A DNA stretch of 64,000 nt from NCBI GenBank assembly GCA_030141605.1, contig JAQGDQ010000004.1, forward strand, positions 1,550,001 through 1,614,000, read 5' to 3'. The notes under the pieces were generated by a model that saw nothing but the letters and a program-made list of their open reading frames with translations, made no database searches and was not told where the DNA came from. Shown piece by piece: positions 49,751-62,614 of this stretch (within the stretch, counting starts at the first letter, position 1; each line of letters opens with the position of its first letter). Both the position numbers and the translations under genes were made by a program. The stretch is from Tubiluchus corallicola. Lineage: Eukaryota > Animalia > Priapulida.

Positions 49751-49938
49751 GGGCGTTTACGTAGCATCCAGATGCGTATGCGTTTTGGGAGTGTGGCATA
49801 GATAAAATCGGTTTATATTGTTTTCAATGCACCCGTTTATGCAGCCTGCATATGTGATATTCTTTTTCTGCAGCTATTTCCTATTGATTTTTATCGCAGC
49901 TATTCCGCAGGTGGAAGCGGATGCTACGTAGACGCCAC
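49751..49938. mobile_element. Small MITE
   Basis: GGGCGTTTACGTAGCATCC ... GGATGCTACGTAGACGCCAC, flanked by TTAA on both sides. Confidence 0.65.
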
Positions 49939-51789
49939 TTAAGCGTGGCATCTCAACAAATTCTAGCAGCACTTAACTGTACATTTTCTAACAATTGCAA
50001 ATTGTAGTCTTGGCATTCAACCTAAATTATAATTTATATTTATATTCCTGTATTCAAATGATGGTAGGATGGTGCTATACAAGGCTTTTCACAAGTCCCT
50101 CCTCCTAAAAACTGGCTTCGTATCGCAAGTTATTCAATCTCCGGTTTGTTTTTTTTCAATAATTTTACCAATATAAGGGTTGGCATGTTTCAGTTGCTGC
50201 TGTATAATATAAGTTGCTGCTGTATAATTAATTCATGGTTTCACGTAACTTCGCTGCGCTGATGTCATGACTAGTTTGTATCAGCTGATCCGTGCGGCGA
50301 CCACTTTTTGTGCAACCTTATTGCCCCATCTGACTTAATGTATACGATTGGAAGTCTGCGAGAAAGAAAAACTAAGACGTCCGAGGCAATAACTCTTTAA
50401 CTATGCGCACGCCATTTTTGAATGAGTGAATATATATATATATATTTCATTTACGGATTAAATTAAATATGTGGTCTATTTCTCATTTTTGCTTCCTGTT
50501 TCGCACCCTTCCCTTGTTCTCCCGCACGAATTCCCATCTGCGGCAGCGCCATTACTTATCAAAAAAGTTTCTTGAAGATATTTCAAGGACAGATCTAGTC
50601 TTCGGTGTTTAAACAAGTACCTTTGTGTTTCACGCCAGCGAGTTGCTGCTGAATGCATAGAACAATTGCTATAGATCAAAAGAAATAAACAGTTGACCCA
50701 GAAAAGTTTGGAACAAAATAATAAAATCAAGCTAACCGAAAAAGTTTAGTCGTTTTGTTTTGAAAAAAAGTATTTTAATTCATGGGTTGACAGGGTTTTT
50801 GTCACCCTTGCCATTGGTAATGGTGATGATGATGAAGATGTTCAACAGCATTGTGACTTGAGACAATGCCTTTATTGGCGCCCTTTGTTGGCGTCTTTGC
50901 TATTGTTGTTCTTTTCATCATTATGCTGATTTTGCTACTGTTAATATTGTTGTTGTCGTCGTCGTCCTCGTCTTACATGTGCCAAGCACTCTACTCCATT
51001 TTAGAACGATAACAAATTAGAAATGCTGTACTCGGCCAACTCTTTAAACCGCACAGAAGCTGTAAGAGTTGCCCTTTGTCGTGCGAGAATCAAGAAACTT
51101 CTGCGACCTTCACCCTAAAAATGCAGACAGGCATCTTTTTAAAACAAACAACAAAGTACTCGACGTGTCTTATGGTTGAACCGGAAAATTTCTTCTTCAT
51201 ATAATGAGCTTACATTGCCAAGGATCTGTAATAACTTTAGTTTTAAACAGAAAGATCTAAGTTTTTCCCGTTTTTATTGTTGTAGCTATCGTATGCAACG
51301 GTGTACAGTCATTACATTGAAGTTGAGTGTCAACGTTAAATTAATGATTTAAGATACATATTACGTCAATATACTCTTTCACACTGGCCTTGACTCTTTA
51401 ATAGGTATTTTCATATCTCCTAGTCCGCCCTATGTAAAGATAACAGATTAAAATAAACATGAGACAGAGAAGGCAGCGTCGATTCGCTGAGCTTGCTTGA
51501 ATAGGTTTGTTTTATTACACTTTAGTATGTTGAGCGTATTTTACAAATTATGAGATTATCACTTAAGGCCCAATTAATGACCGATGTAAAAATCAGGATG
51601 CTCTCTATAAATTTTTGTTTTTATATAGCGCAAAATATTGCAAATCATTTGTTCTTTCACTTGTCTGCCCAGGGTCTGTAGGGATTATCCAATCCCGGGA
51701 TTAATTTTAGCAATCGCCAAGGTTAATCATGGATCTTGCGTTCGTTAATCATGGATTCAAGAAGCAGGATCGTGGAAGTTTTTTCCAGA

Positions 51790-51916
51790 ACTCTCTTTAT
51801 CTCTTTCTCTCCCTTTTCTCTCTCTACTTATCCCTTTCTTCACTCATCTTTGTCTCACTCCTCTTGTTCTGTCTCTCCCTTCCCCTCTCTCCTTCCCGTT
51901 GCCCCTGTCTCTGCCG

Positions 51917-51988
<72 letters not shown>

Positions 51989-52150
51989 CCTTTTCTCTCT
52001 TTCTCTCTCTCATCTTCTTTCTCTCCCTCTCATTCTCTGCTCTCGCTCTCCTTCTCATTCCTTCTACTTTCCCTCTCTCCCTCCCTCTTCCCTCGCTTTC
52101 CCTTCTCGTTCTCTCTCTCTCGCCTCCTCTTTCTTTTTCTCTCATTCTCT
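51790..52150. repeat. CT-rich low-complexity tract with a (CT)n core
   Basis: Directly visible. Confidence 0.95.
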
Positions 52151-52972
52151 GTCTGTTTTTTAATTATTTATCATTCTTTGAGTAATAACTGTCAGAAATC
52201 AGAATCATTTTAAAAGACGCAATATTTAAAGGGTAAACTTTGTTTTTTAATTTTGTTTTAGAAAAATATTTTATTTTGAAACTTTCTTTGTTACAATTTT
52301 GAATTGTTTTTTAAGATGAAGCTGCTTTCTCAAAGTAATTCGCATTGCATCATTTGCTGCGTGTAATCACTTCGAATACGATAATTTTTCACAGGATTTG
52401 AAATGAGGTTTAATAAATAATATAGAAAATGAAAATACCAAGGCTTTACAAACTAGAGAAATTTGTAAATAACTTTTTTGGAAAGTATTTTTTCTGGCAA
52501 AAAAGTTTTGTGTGAATTTTTTTCTCTGGTAAAAATTTTTCTAAGAAATAGGTGGGAAACGAGTCTGTCATTCCTAAAGTCCCGTGCACAAATGTCACCT
52601 ACCCTACATAGGCCTATGTTTTCGAGGCGATGGAAAATACGGACAATTTATAAAAGTGCTGAAACATAAAATGAACCCTGTGTTCTGGATTCGCTTTTTA
52701 TAAACGATGGCATTAATTTGCCAAACAAAGGCCAGTCCGTACAGCGATTGTCATCAAAAATGGCTTCATGTACTTTTTTATATCCTACAGGTGCTTAACC
52801 ATGGCAAGAAAAAGACAGCTTTGCAGTTTGATATAATCGCACCAATAAATTAAATTACAAGTCACAATTGTCATATACAAATTGAAAGTACATATAATAA
52901 TGTTAGTCAGTGTAATGTTTGGCCTGTTGATTTTACCATTTCAAAATTTGATAATATAGGTTTATAAAATCC

Positions 52973-53058
52973 TGTGTGTGTGTGTGTGTGTGCGTGCGTG
53001 CGTGCGTGTGTGCGTGTATGTGTGTGTGTGTGTGTGCGTGTGCGTGTGTGTGTGTGTG
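52973..53058. repeat. (TG)n/(TGCG)n microsatellite
   Basis: Directly visible. Confidence 0.95.
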
Positions 53059-54042
53059 TTTTCTTTTTCGCTAATATAGCCATTGCTCTTGCATTAATAA
53101 AACAAAGAATCGTCTGTATACTAAAAGAAAGATTATAATTTTAAACTTATAAAGTTAATTTTAAAGCTGAATAATGTTGAATATTGTTCGTTAAATTAAA
53201 AAGAAGGGAGAAATCCTTACGAAAATGGAAACATGCTGCAGTATTTCTATCATGTGGCAAATTTCCTCGTGAGGAGGACGTATAGCTTCTACCTGGCAGC
53301 AGAATTCTTCATGAGAAATTCCACCAGGAAAATTTCTCGTGACTCACGAAGCGTCTGTGTAAAATGTGCTGCTCGTCCTCACTACGAAATGGGCTGAAAA
53401 TACACATTTTTCTGTAAATATAACGTTTACGTGCTCGTAAATCAAATTAGATTGAATATGTACAATTTTGCGCTTTATTTCGTATAATTTTCGAGACTTC
53501 TCAGTTGTTACCCATTTTTAATTTTTCTATATGAATTTTTGTAACATACTGACCAAACCCGCGAATAACTCATTTTCGATTAGATAATCTTACGCGTGCC
53601 AGACAAGATTACAGTTTTATCAGTTTATCCAGATAATTATTAGGGAATTGCTTGACCTTGTTCCATTTTTCACTTTCTTGTCTGTAAAACTTTGGGATAT
53701 ACTACTTTCAGGGAAAAATGTAAAGAAGCAACATAACAATAACGGTATAAAAATGCAGATATTTAGATAAAACGAATATATTGCATTATGCTTTAATACC
53801 AGACGTATAATTTACCTAAGTAATCTAATCTAAGGTTATCTAAGTAAATTTTCTTGAACTGTAGTTATATCAAGTTGATATTAATCCCTTAGTACGCCTG
53901 TTTCGATTCATTAATCGCAATTTCACTTTTGTGGTATATTTTAAATACCTCAGCAAGTTGGCTTCAGAAGCTTGCACGGCCTCTAAAGCTTAAAAATTTC
54001 TTAAAAGAGCAAAAACGGTGAAAGTTTTTTTTTAATTTGCAG

Positions 54043-54128
54043 GATCAGCAGGAGGATTCGTCAAGGCCCTTGCAATTAACATCTGGAGGAAGTAATCCGA
54101 AAAAAGATAAATCCAAATCAAGACAAAA
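54043..54128 (+). CDS. Internal coding exon of an unidentified plus-strand gene (DQQEDSSRPLQLTSGGSNPKKDKSKSRQ)
   Basis: Strong acceptor TTTTTTTTTAATTTGCAG and donor AA|GTAAGT; open in phase 0. Downstream exons were not identified in the window. Confidence 0.6.
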
Positions 54129-54337
54129 GTAAGTCCTATAATCGAACGAACTTTCGTCACTTAAACTGAATTTTACTTAACGTTCACTTGAAGATACTAG
54201 TAAACTGAATGCACCAATTCGTCGGGAAATATCACATTACTGGTAGCATTTTCAGGTATGCCTTTAAAAGTGAAACTGAAATAGGGAAGCAGGATTTGTG
54301 TGCTAAAAAGCAGTGATAGAACGCGGGGGTGTCAGCA

Positions 54338-54546
54338 CTAGCAGCTGCATTATCTCTACAACTGCAGTGTTGGGAGTAGGAAGGTGAAACTCTTTGCACA
54401 TACACATTTGTATTACAATTACGATGAATATTGTGGAACAACTCTAGCAGCTGCATTACTCTACAGCAGCAGTATTGGCAGGAGGAAGGTGAAACTTTTT
54501 GCACATACACATTTGTCTTACAATTATGATGAAAATTGTGGAGCAA
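54338..54546 (+). repeat. Tandem duplication, about 106 bp x 2
   Basis: CTAGCAGCTGCATTA...GGAAGGTGAAACT.TTTGCACATACACATTTGT...TTGTGGA occurs twice. Confidence 0.9.
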
Positions 54547-57270
54547 TACGTTCTTCTTCGTTTTCATTAAAAGTCTAATAAATAGTTTCTGAAAAACCTA
54601 TAAATCATAGGGAAACAGAACTTAGATCTATCCTATATCACGATGCATGAACATCATCTGAATTTTATGTATTATTTTAAATTGAAAGAGAATTTGGCAC
54701 TACGGGGCTTTATGAACATTGATCGGGCAAATGAACATATACCCTTCTCTAGCATTTTGTACACTGGGTTATAAAGATTAATTTTAGGGGAAGTTTACCA
54801 CCAAGGAACCTTATTGTTTTTCGCTCAGTTTGTTCAGTAACAGTACATCGTCCTTCTATTGGAACAAAAAATTATTAGAAATTTTATTTTTTCATCTTCA
54901 GCTGTGATATAGCTTTTGTAACGCTTGCGAAATTTAATCAAACATCAGCCAGCGATTCATTGCATAAAAAGTTGAGAAGCAGAACCATTGAGTTGATGTG
55001 TCTTTTTCATATTTCTTTTATTGGTTTAGATGAAAAAAGTCACTGTATGAGAGAACTGTGTTTCAATTTACTTGAAATACTGTTGAAATGTCGCTTTTCT
55101 TCCCAACCAAGTGTCTTAAGGAAACACCATTTTCGTGCGTTTCCTCAACATTAACCAGCTAAAGTTTTGTTGCAGATTACCTCTTATTTTGCAATAGTGC
55201 ATTATATAAGTCTTAATATCCACATCAGGCGGCGCCACCGTAACAGCCTTGAATTTCTATAGACCTGTAATACCAAGCGCTCTTTTGAGTGTGAACGGGC
55301 AGGCAGCGGAAATCATTGACGGTATCGATAAAATTACACATTCTAGCTTTGGCTGACAAGGAGTACGGAATATGGATGAGTGATAGGGTGAAATTATAGC
55401 TGGTCGGTCAGTCAGTCGATAGGTCGGGTTTGGAATATTATGAGAATGAGTCTGGAGTTAAACTTAGAAAGCACAAATGACACGTTTTTCCCTAACACCA
55501 GACAGAAATCCAAGACATAGATCTATTACAGTGATTTTGTGGTCTCAGAAGGACCACACATATTCGGGCAGGACTAGTCCCCTTTGTGTAGTATAGAGGG
55601 CAGATTTGCCAATGATTTTACGAACGCTTTTGTTTGTAAGAGGATCGCTGAATACGCGGTATTTGTCAAGCTTCATAATTTTCCTAAAATTTCGTAAAGC
55701 TGCGTAAGAACACTCGATAAACACCACTTAAAAAATTTCTTCGTAAGTTTTGATACAAATGTAGCACAGATCTTATGCCATTTCTCAGTGGTATGCACTT
55801 TGCAGGTCATGTAGCTGTACTTTGGAAGTAATTCCGTTTCACTTACTCTATTGCAAGACTTTTCAAACCGCTGTTTCATTTAAAAAGATTTTGCAGAACT
55901 GTTGGAAGCTGTTCTGAATGTTAAAATTTATTGACTATTATAGATTTGATTTTTATTGGCAAGTATATCTTTTATGTGGTTCAGCACCCGAGCTACCGAG
56001 AACGTATGTATCTTTTCCTGTAATTCCTCTTAACAGCGCCTAGATGTGTACAATTTTAATTATTAAACTTTGTTGTTCGATCTGTTGTCCGTTAGTTTCC
56101 AAAAACTAATTTCTTACATAGCACGCTTATCCCATTCGTTCTTTCGCTAACTACCTTGGCAAACTTTAGGCGTCTAATTTTAATCACGGGATTTTTCAGC
56201 GCGTTGAACTACCTAAACAACTTCAAGCTTAGTAACATTATGTAACGTAAAACATCAGGTAATCTCTTACACTCTTCTCAAGTTAGCTGTTCGTCAACAT
56301 TCGAGACTGATCAATTATTTCGCTGAAATCGGGTGTGGCGGTCTGTGGCGGTGCGATATTTACGTTTCAGCGAGACTGCTGCTTTTGATCGATAGCCAGT
56401 TAAAGTGCGCATGCGTGACTTAATGGTGCTTAGGAAGGGACGGTCTCTGCGAAGTCTTTAAATTTTATTTCTGCGTCGGGTTTAATTGATGTGTCACCTA
56501 AATTTCATTTCCTTACATTCGCAGGTGCTTTATTTTGAAACAGTTTTAAAACTGCTCTGGTTACCCTATCTACCCTGACCGGATGTGAGAGAAACGAACC
56601 GACAGGTCGGCAGGTTGACGGTCTGTAAATAGAGAAAAACAGAGATAGCTTGGCAAAGAGAGAAGGAGGAATATGAGGAGAGAGAAAGAACGATAAACAA
56701 AAACGAGAGTCCGAAACTTTTAACTAAACACAATAGTTAAGCGTAAAAAGATGGCAGTATTTTATGAAGAGGCATGCAAACGAAAGATTAGAAATACAAA
56801 TTAATGAACATAAATCATTTTTACTGTCTTTGTTTTATACTGGAGACCGATTACAAATTCAGAAACTGTGGAGACCAAAATGTGAAATCTTGAAAGTGAA
56901 CGTTGAGATATACTACGTTCAGACAAAAATGTAAAGAAGCATCAAAAGAATAGCAGTATAAAAATGCAGATATTTAGATAAAACGAATATGTTGCGTGAT
57001 ACTTTAATATCAGACGCGACCGTGCAGATGCGACCACGTTCTATAGAATTAAGACGTTTCTGCTGTGCACTGCTGATTTTTTCCTACTGCTTCGGCCTTT
57101 TACGATACGGGCTTCAAATTATATTCCTGGTCGATCATTCAAGTTTCCGTATTTGAAATATATGAACTGTAAATTGTATAAAATTAGCAGGACAAAATGA
57201 TTTAACCATTTCGTACGAGTTGATATCACATCATATGAACAACATTCGTATTTGGATTTCGAGTTTTCTC

Positions 57271-57886
57271 AAGCAAAACCGGACCCAATGTTACACTGTA
57301 GGTCAAAAACAATCTACTCATTAAAACATCGAAAGGGAACATACTATTTTTTTTCAAAAATGACTTACCTGAAAGAATTATTACCATATAAATACAATTT
57401 TCGTGCCACTAGTTCTTAACTGTTACATGCATTTCGCCATTTGCTAGTTAGACGGGCACTAGTGCCTGCATCTCGGAAACGCATTACACAAAAACAGGTG
57501 CTGTACTTCTCAATTCAGATGTACTAGTTTTTGACGAACTACACACGTTTGACAGCTCATGCGTGAGGACAACGATAAATTATTTGAATTTTTATCTTAA
57601 ATCTTGCCTTAGTTTTAGCACAACACACTGAATATCTTACAGTGGCACTGTACTTTAGTTTTCGCTTTCGCAAACAAGTGCAATACGCTCGTAGAATATT
57701 TTTGCTGTTGAAAATTATGCTAGTTTGTGATGTCATCAATAGTTGGGCTCGCCCGCAGTTAATTAAGATTTTAGTCAATTATTATTTATCAGAAACGCGT
57801 TTGCAGTATTAATTGTGTTAAACTGTATACTTTTTATCGGACTTGAAAATGGGATAGTATATGAAAAATCCTCCTGTCTTCCGTTA
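57271..57886. mobile_element. TTAA-flanked MITE, copy 3
   Basis: AAGCAAAACCGGACCCAAT...CCTGTCTTCCGTTAA; colinear with copy 1. Confidence 0.75.
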
Positions 57887-59338
57887 AGTTAACCGCATGG
57901 CGTTTCCATTCATTCACTTTTAAGCAATTTTTGTTCTTAAGGTAGTGTATGTCAGTACATTGCAGCTGCTACACGACTGACCTTAAATTTTGCATCGATT
58001 ATGTTGTAAAATATGCGTGTGAAAACTTACATATAATGATAAAAGTTGATAAAAGTTGTTTCTCTCAGGGTAGGTAATTTGGATTCATCCGATAATAACC
58101 AAAGAATTTACGCGGATCAGCCAGTAAGTCGTCATAGTAGAGCTTACAAAATTACTCTTTCACTAATCCCTGGCTAATTATTGGATAAGCCCAACTTTAC
58201 CGGTGTCTATTTGTTTTTTTATGAATTAATAATGCAAACGTATATACGCGCGGCCTCTTCAGTCTCTATAGCGGCAGTTGCGCACCTTAAAATTGCATGT
58301 CTGCCCGCCCGATTTTGGTAGTTCAGTAAAATTATTGCAACTTTTAATTGCGTAACTGAAAATTTCATGTCTGCGCGGGGCTTTAATCCGTTTTAAGAAG
58401 TAATTTCTTTTTGTATGGGAATTGTAAACTTTAGGAAAAAATTCTTACCTATGCATTAATACCTAGATTAGTGCTATATTTGGCATAAAAATCTACACAA
58501 GTTGCATGTCCTTTGAGCGAACTATCGTGCAAATTAGTGTTGCCAGTCGCTAAAAGCCTCATATTTCAACATGATAATATATTGATTAATTAATATTCTG
58601 ACATAAATGCTAAAGGTTTCTAGTAAGTGTATTAACCAGGCTGTCTTCCTCCCACAATTTTTACCAACGCAGATTTAATGAAAATTTGATTAACTTTGAT
58701 AATCGAAATATTTAGCTTAAAACGTATCATAGCTGCGGGTCAAGTCAAAGAGGCAGGGGTAACAATCAACACTGACTAGTCAGCACTGTGAATGCAGGGA
58801 TACGTGTAGACCGTAGTTCAGGCTTCCGGTTTCCCAAAATGTTTTCGGAAGAAAACTTCGAAAATGTCTATTTTAGAAAAAAACACAATAGTTAATTCAG
58901 GAGATGACGTCGGTTTTGAAAATTTGAGGAATTGTGCTGCCTCTTAGGCAGAACGTATGTATTTACTGTATTATGTCATATTTGCTGTCTTGTTAACTTA
59001 AGATGAGGAGTGCACGACTGTGTCAATGTACCGTACTTAGATTAGGGTCTCTTTTAGTGTCTGTATGGACTTCGCTTTAGTACTATACATATCCGCAGCA
59101 CGGGCTAAGCTACGCCTAGCCTAGGGGGCCATTCTCATAAACCCTTGCTCACTGACAGCGGCCACAACGTAAAATCTTTAGACAAACCGGAGCCGGAATG
59201 CGTGCAGGTGGCAATTTTTCAATTATTCCAGAAAATACTTACCAGCGTAGAAGAAATTGCCAAGCAAATGATTATAAAAACGGCTCAATTATTTCACTCA
59301 AGGACAGTCTAAAAGATTGTTGTAATAAATACTATGGC

Positions 59339-60206
59339 CTTTAAACAACATTATAAGTTACCCAAATAAACTTTGTGGATAATAATTAAGTCTGCCTGGA
59401 ATTTACCAAATAGGCTGGACATTCAACCTTAATGCTATTTTGTGTTGTAGAGTATTATTGCCAATCGCTTTTTGTACATGGACTTCATAAAAAGTGTAGT
59501 ACATAAAAGGGTAGCAGTCTGCATGCCAGTCTCACATATACCCAACAATAGACTTAAAACAGCATAAAAACTTAAATTCAAAAATGGAAACTAATTAGTA
59601 GGGACAGGGTCTTTGTTAATTTGAAAGGTTCAGCTCATGTTGTCTCTCAAGCTGACCACCGCTGGATGATTTGCGTTTGCCGATTTATGTATTTTTGCCC
59701 AATATATTCAATTTAAGTTAATTTTCAATTCACATATTTTATTTCAATCATTAAACCATGACGGTAACTATACATATACGCGCATATGAAAAAGAAAAAA
59801 ATATTTAAATATCATAAGAAATATTATAAAAATCATGGACACGGCACAATCTAATATAATAAAGGTAAAACTGTTAATTTACGTGATCAAACACGAGATC
59901 AGGCATCCATAGTTGACAAATGGCACATACATACAAAATATTTAATGATGAAGGCTTACATTAAAATACAAACCCACTATACAGATAGACCATATATAGC
60001 ACATGCAAGTGTAGAATCTAGATCTACTGGCTTAAAACTCAACAGCACAAAATAACATTAATGTTTATTAAGGTTGACTGCCCAATATTTGGTTCCATGC
60101 AAACTTCTTAATTGTTATTCACAAAATTTATTTGGGTAACTTATAATATTGTTTAAAGCTACATCATTGCTTGTATAATTCGGGTAACTTATAATGTTGT
60201 TTAAAG
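59339..60206. mobile_element. Foldback element with inverted arms of about 130 bp
   Basis: 59339-59465 is the reverse complement of 60027-60158; terminal 25 bp repeated again at 60182-60206. Confidence 0.7.
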
Positions 60207-62238
60207 TTATATGGCTTGCATACGACCAATAGCGAAAAATTATTTTATTCTTGTCATTTCTTTTCCATTCATGTCTCCTCATACGAAAATATTCTAATTT
60301 CTTTAATTAAATTTTTCAGTCATTTTGGGCAACATCCAACTGTGGAGTCGAGATTTTTTTACATTAAAGGTTTGTCACCTTCAGTGTAAAAAAAGTTAGA
60401 CAAAAAGCGGCGCAGCTCTATGCCTTCAACTCGCATTCATCAATGGCCAATGTAATTGAATGCTATTCTTAACCATGCTGGGCTCTCAGAAGCTGTGCTC
60501 CCCGACCCCAAGTCTATCAGTAACTCGCAAATTTTCCCCTTATGTTCCTTGTATTTTGACCAATAAATCCGGCATTTGTCACCCCTCCCTCAACGCTAAC
60601 CTCGTGCAATTCGTAACTTTTAACTAATATAGCAAGGCTATTTATGCATAACATTGTTCACTTAATAATTATCTGTGCCGAAGCTGCTTTTAAGTACTGT
60701 TACATACTTAACATGTGTGGGTTTAAGTCACCCAAATCAATAAGCTTGCTACACATGAAAACTGCACAATTTTTTATATAATTTCTCATTTTTTGAACCG
60801 AAGTTTCAAACGCTAGCGTGTGAACAATGCAACTGCAGTGAGTTCCCCTGCTAATCGATGAGTTGCTTTGAACTCGCTGCAGATAAATGTATTCATCTTA
60901 TAAAATTGATTGGCATCTTTCTAATAAATAGACATATTTATAATACATGTGTGTATCGTAAAGTCTAAATAAAATTTGTATCAAAGGTCAAATCAGCAAG
61001 TTACACTTCGGCGACGTATATACGACCATTTCACACAGAAGACGTGCAAGCAAAATTTCTTGAGGAAAAATGCTTTGTTGCAAGATGAAAAACACGGGGC
61101 GTTTAATACAGACACCTGACGACGCGCATTCCTCTATGAATTCTGCTGACTGCTACACAAGCTATGCGTCTTTTGCATGGGATTTGTGCCGCTTCGCAAA
61201 ATCCAATATTCAATTCAGCATGCGAAATTCTTTACGTTCAAATTTAACTGCTTAATACTTCTTTCTTATTTAGCAAACAACAATTAATGCATTTCACTAC
61301 AAAATTAAGTTTTTATTCAATCTTAGTCGTGTACACAGATTTTTTTATTTTTCATGACTACGGCCTGATTAGGCCCATATCACACAGAGAATGTAGTCGC
61401 TTACTGACGCCGCATGAAGTTAAAGAAAGAATAACGACAATATTTATTTAGCGTCGCTCGTTTAACAGACAACATTAGCAATAACGGTTACTTACACTTT
61501 GGGTATATGCCCTGGCCTCTGCAGCGGCTAGACACGCTCAAGAAAAGACTGCGTGGTTGCAGTCGAAATCTAGAACATTCGGCCACCCAACCCAGGACAA
61601 CCCACGAAATCGGTATCTGTGGTAATTGTACATAGAGCCACATAGGAGTATATGAAATAAGTTTTGCCACAGCGGTATAAGCTTGCCAGTGTTTATGGTG
61701 CTTAATAATCTTGCTGTCAACCACAAAAGTTGCCAAACTTGAACATACTAATTATTTCTTCTTAGCGCACAAAAAGTTTTATGTGTGTTTTATAAACTGT
61801 TCAGCTCGCGTCACTAGCAATGCTATTATTTATACCGTATAACGCCGTAAACGTTGTAGAATTTCTTATCATGTTTCGAAAAGTGTGGTTCTCTCAGTAG
61901 TGTTCAGACGATGTTTTTGTAAACAAACATGTTTAAAATTTGAGCTGTCGATATCGACGCAGTTGGCGGGTTCTGGCGGTTATGGAATTTGCTGGGTTTA
62001 CGTGAGACTACTAGACTGTACACGAGATTTGACCGAGCAAAATAACTGCAAAATAGCAAATTCGGAATGCCACGCACAGTAAACTTGGCACACTTAACGT
62101 AATGGATGCCCAACTGATCTCAAATACGTTTATAGACTGTGCAACTTAAAGGATTTCGGGCTCTGATTTGCTTGATTTAATTTACGATTTTTATATGGTC
62201 CTACAGACTAGCCGGGTTGATGGTGCTTAATGCTTTAA

Positions 62239-62614
62239 AGCAAAGTCGGGCCCAGTCTTAAACTGTAGGTCAAAATAACCTACTCTTTAAAATATTGAAA
62301 GAAAACATTATTTGAAATTTAAATTTTTATCTTAGGACTTGCCTAGTTTTACAACACACTGAATATCTTACAGTAGCACTGAACTTCAATTTTCGCTTTC
62401 GAAACACGTGCAACACGCTCGTGGAATATTTTTGCTGTTAAAAATTATGTTCGTTAGTGATGTCATCAATAGTTCGGCTCGCCCGCCCTTAATTAAGATT
62501 TTAATTTATTATTTAATTATCAGAAACATTTTTGCAGTACTAGTTGTGTTAAAATATATACTTTTTATCGGACTTGAAAATGGGGTAGTATTTGAAAAGT
62601 CATCCTGTCTTCCT
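62239..62614. mobile_element. TTAA-flanked MITE, copy 4, internal deletion
   Basis: TTAA|AGCAAAGTCGGG...CATCCTGTCTTCCT|TTAA; right half closely similar to copy 3. Confidence 0.78.

Noticed and set aside
55545-55879. Overlapping short minus-strand ORFs suggesting a frameshifted gene
   Set aside because: No recognisable domain; probably decayed repeat.
56320-56460. GC-rich patch with TGCGCATGCG (NRF1-like) as another promoter
   Set aside because: No ATG-donor exon or other support nearby; a single motif is insufficient.
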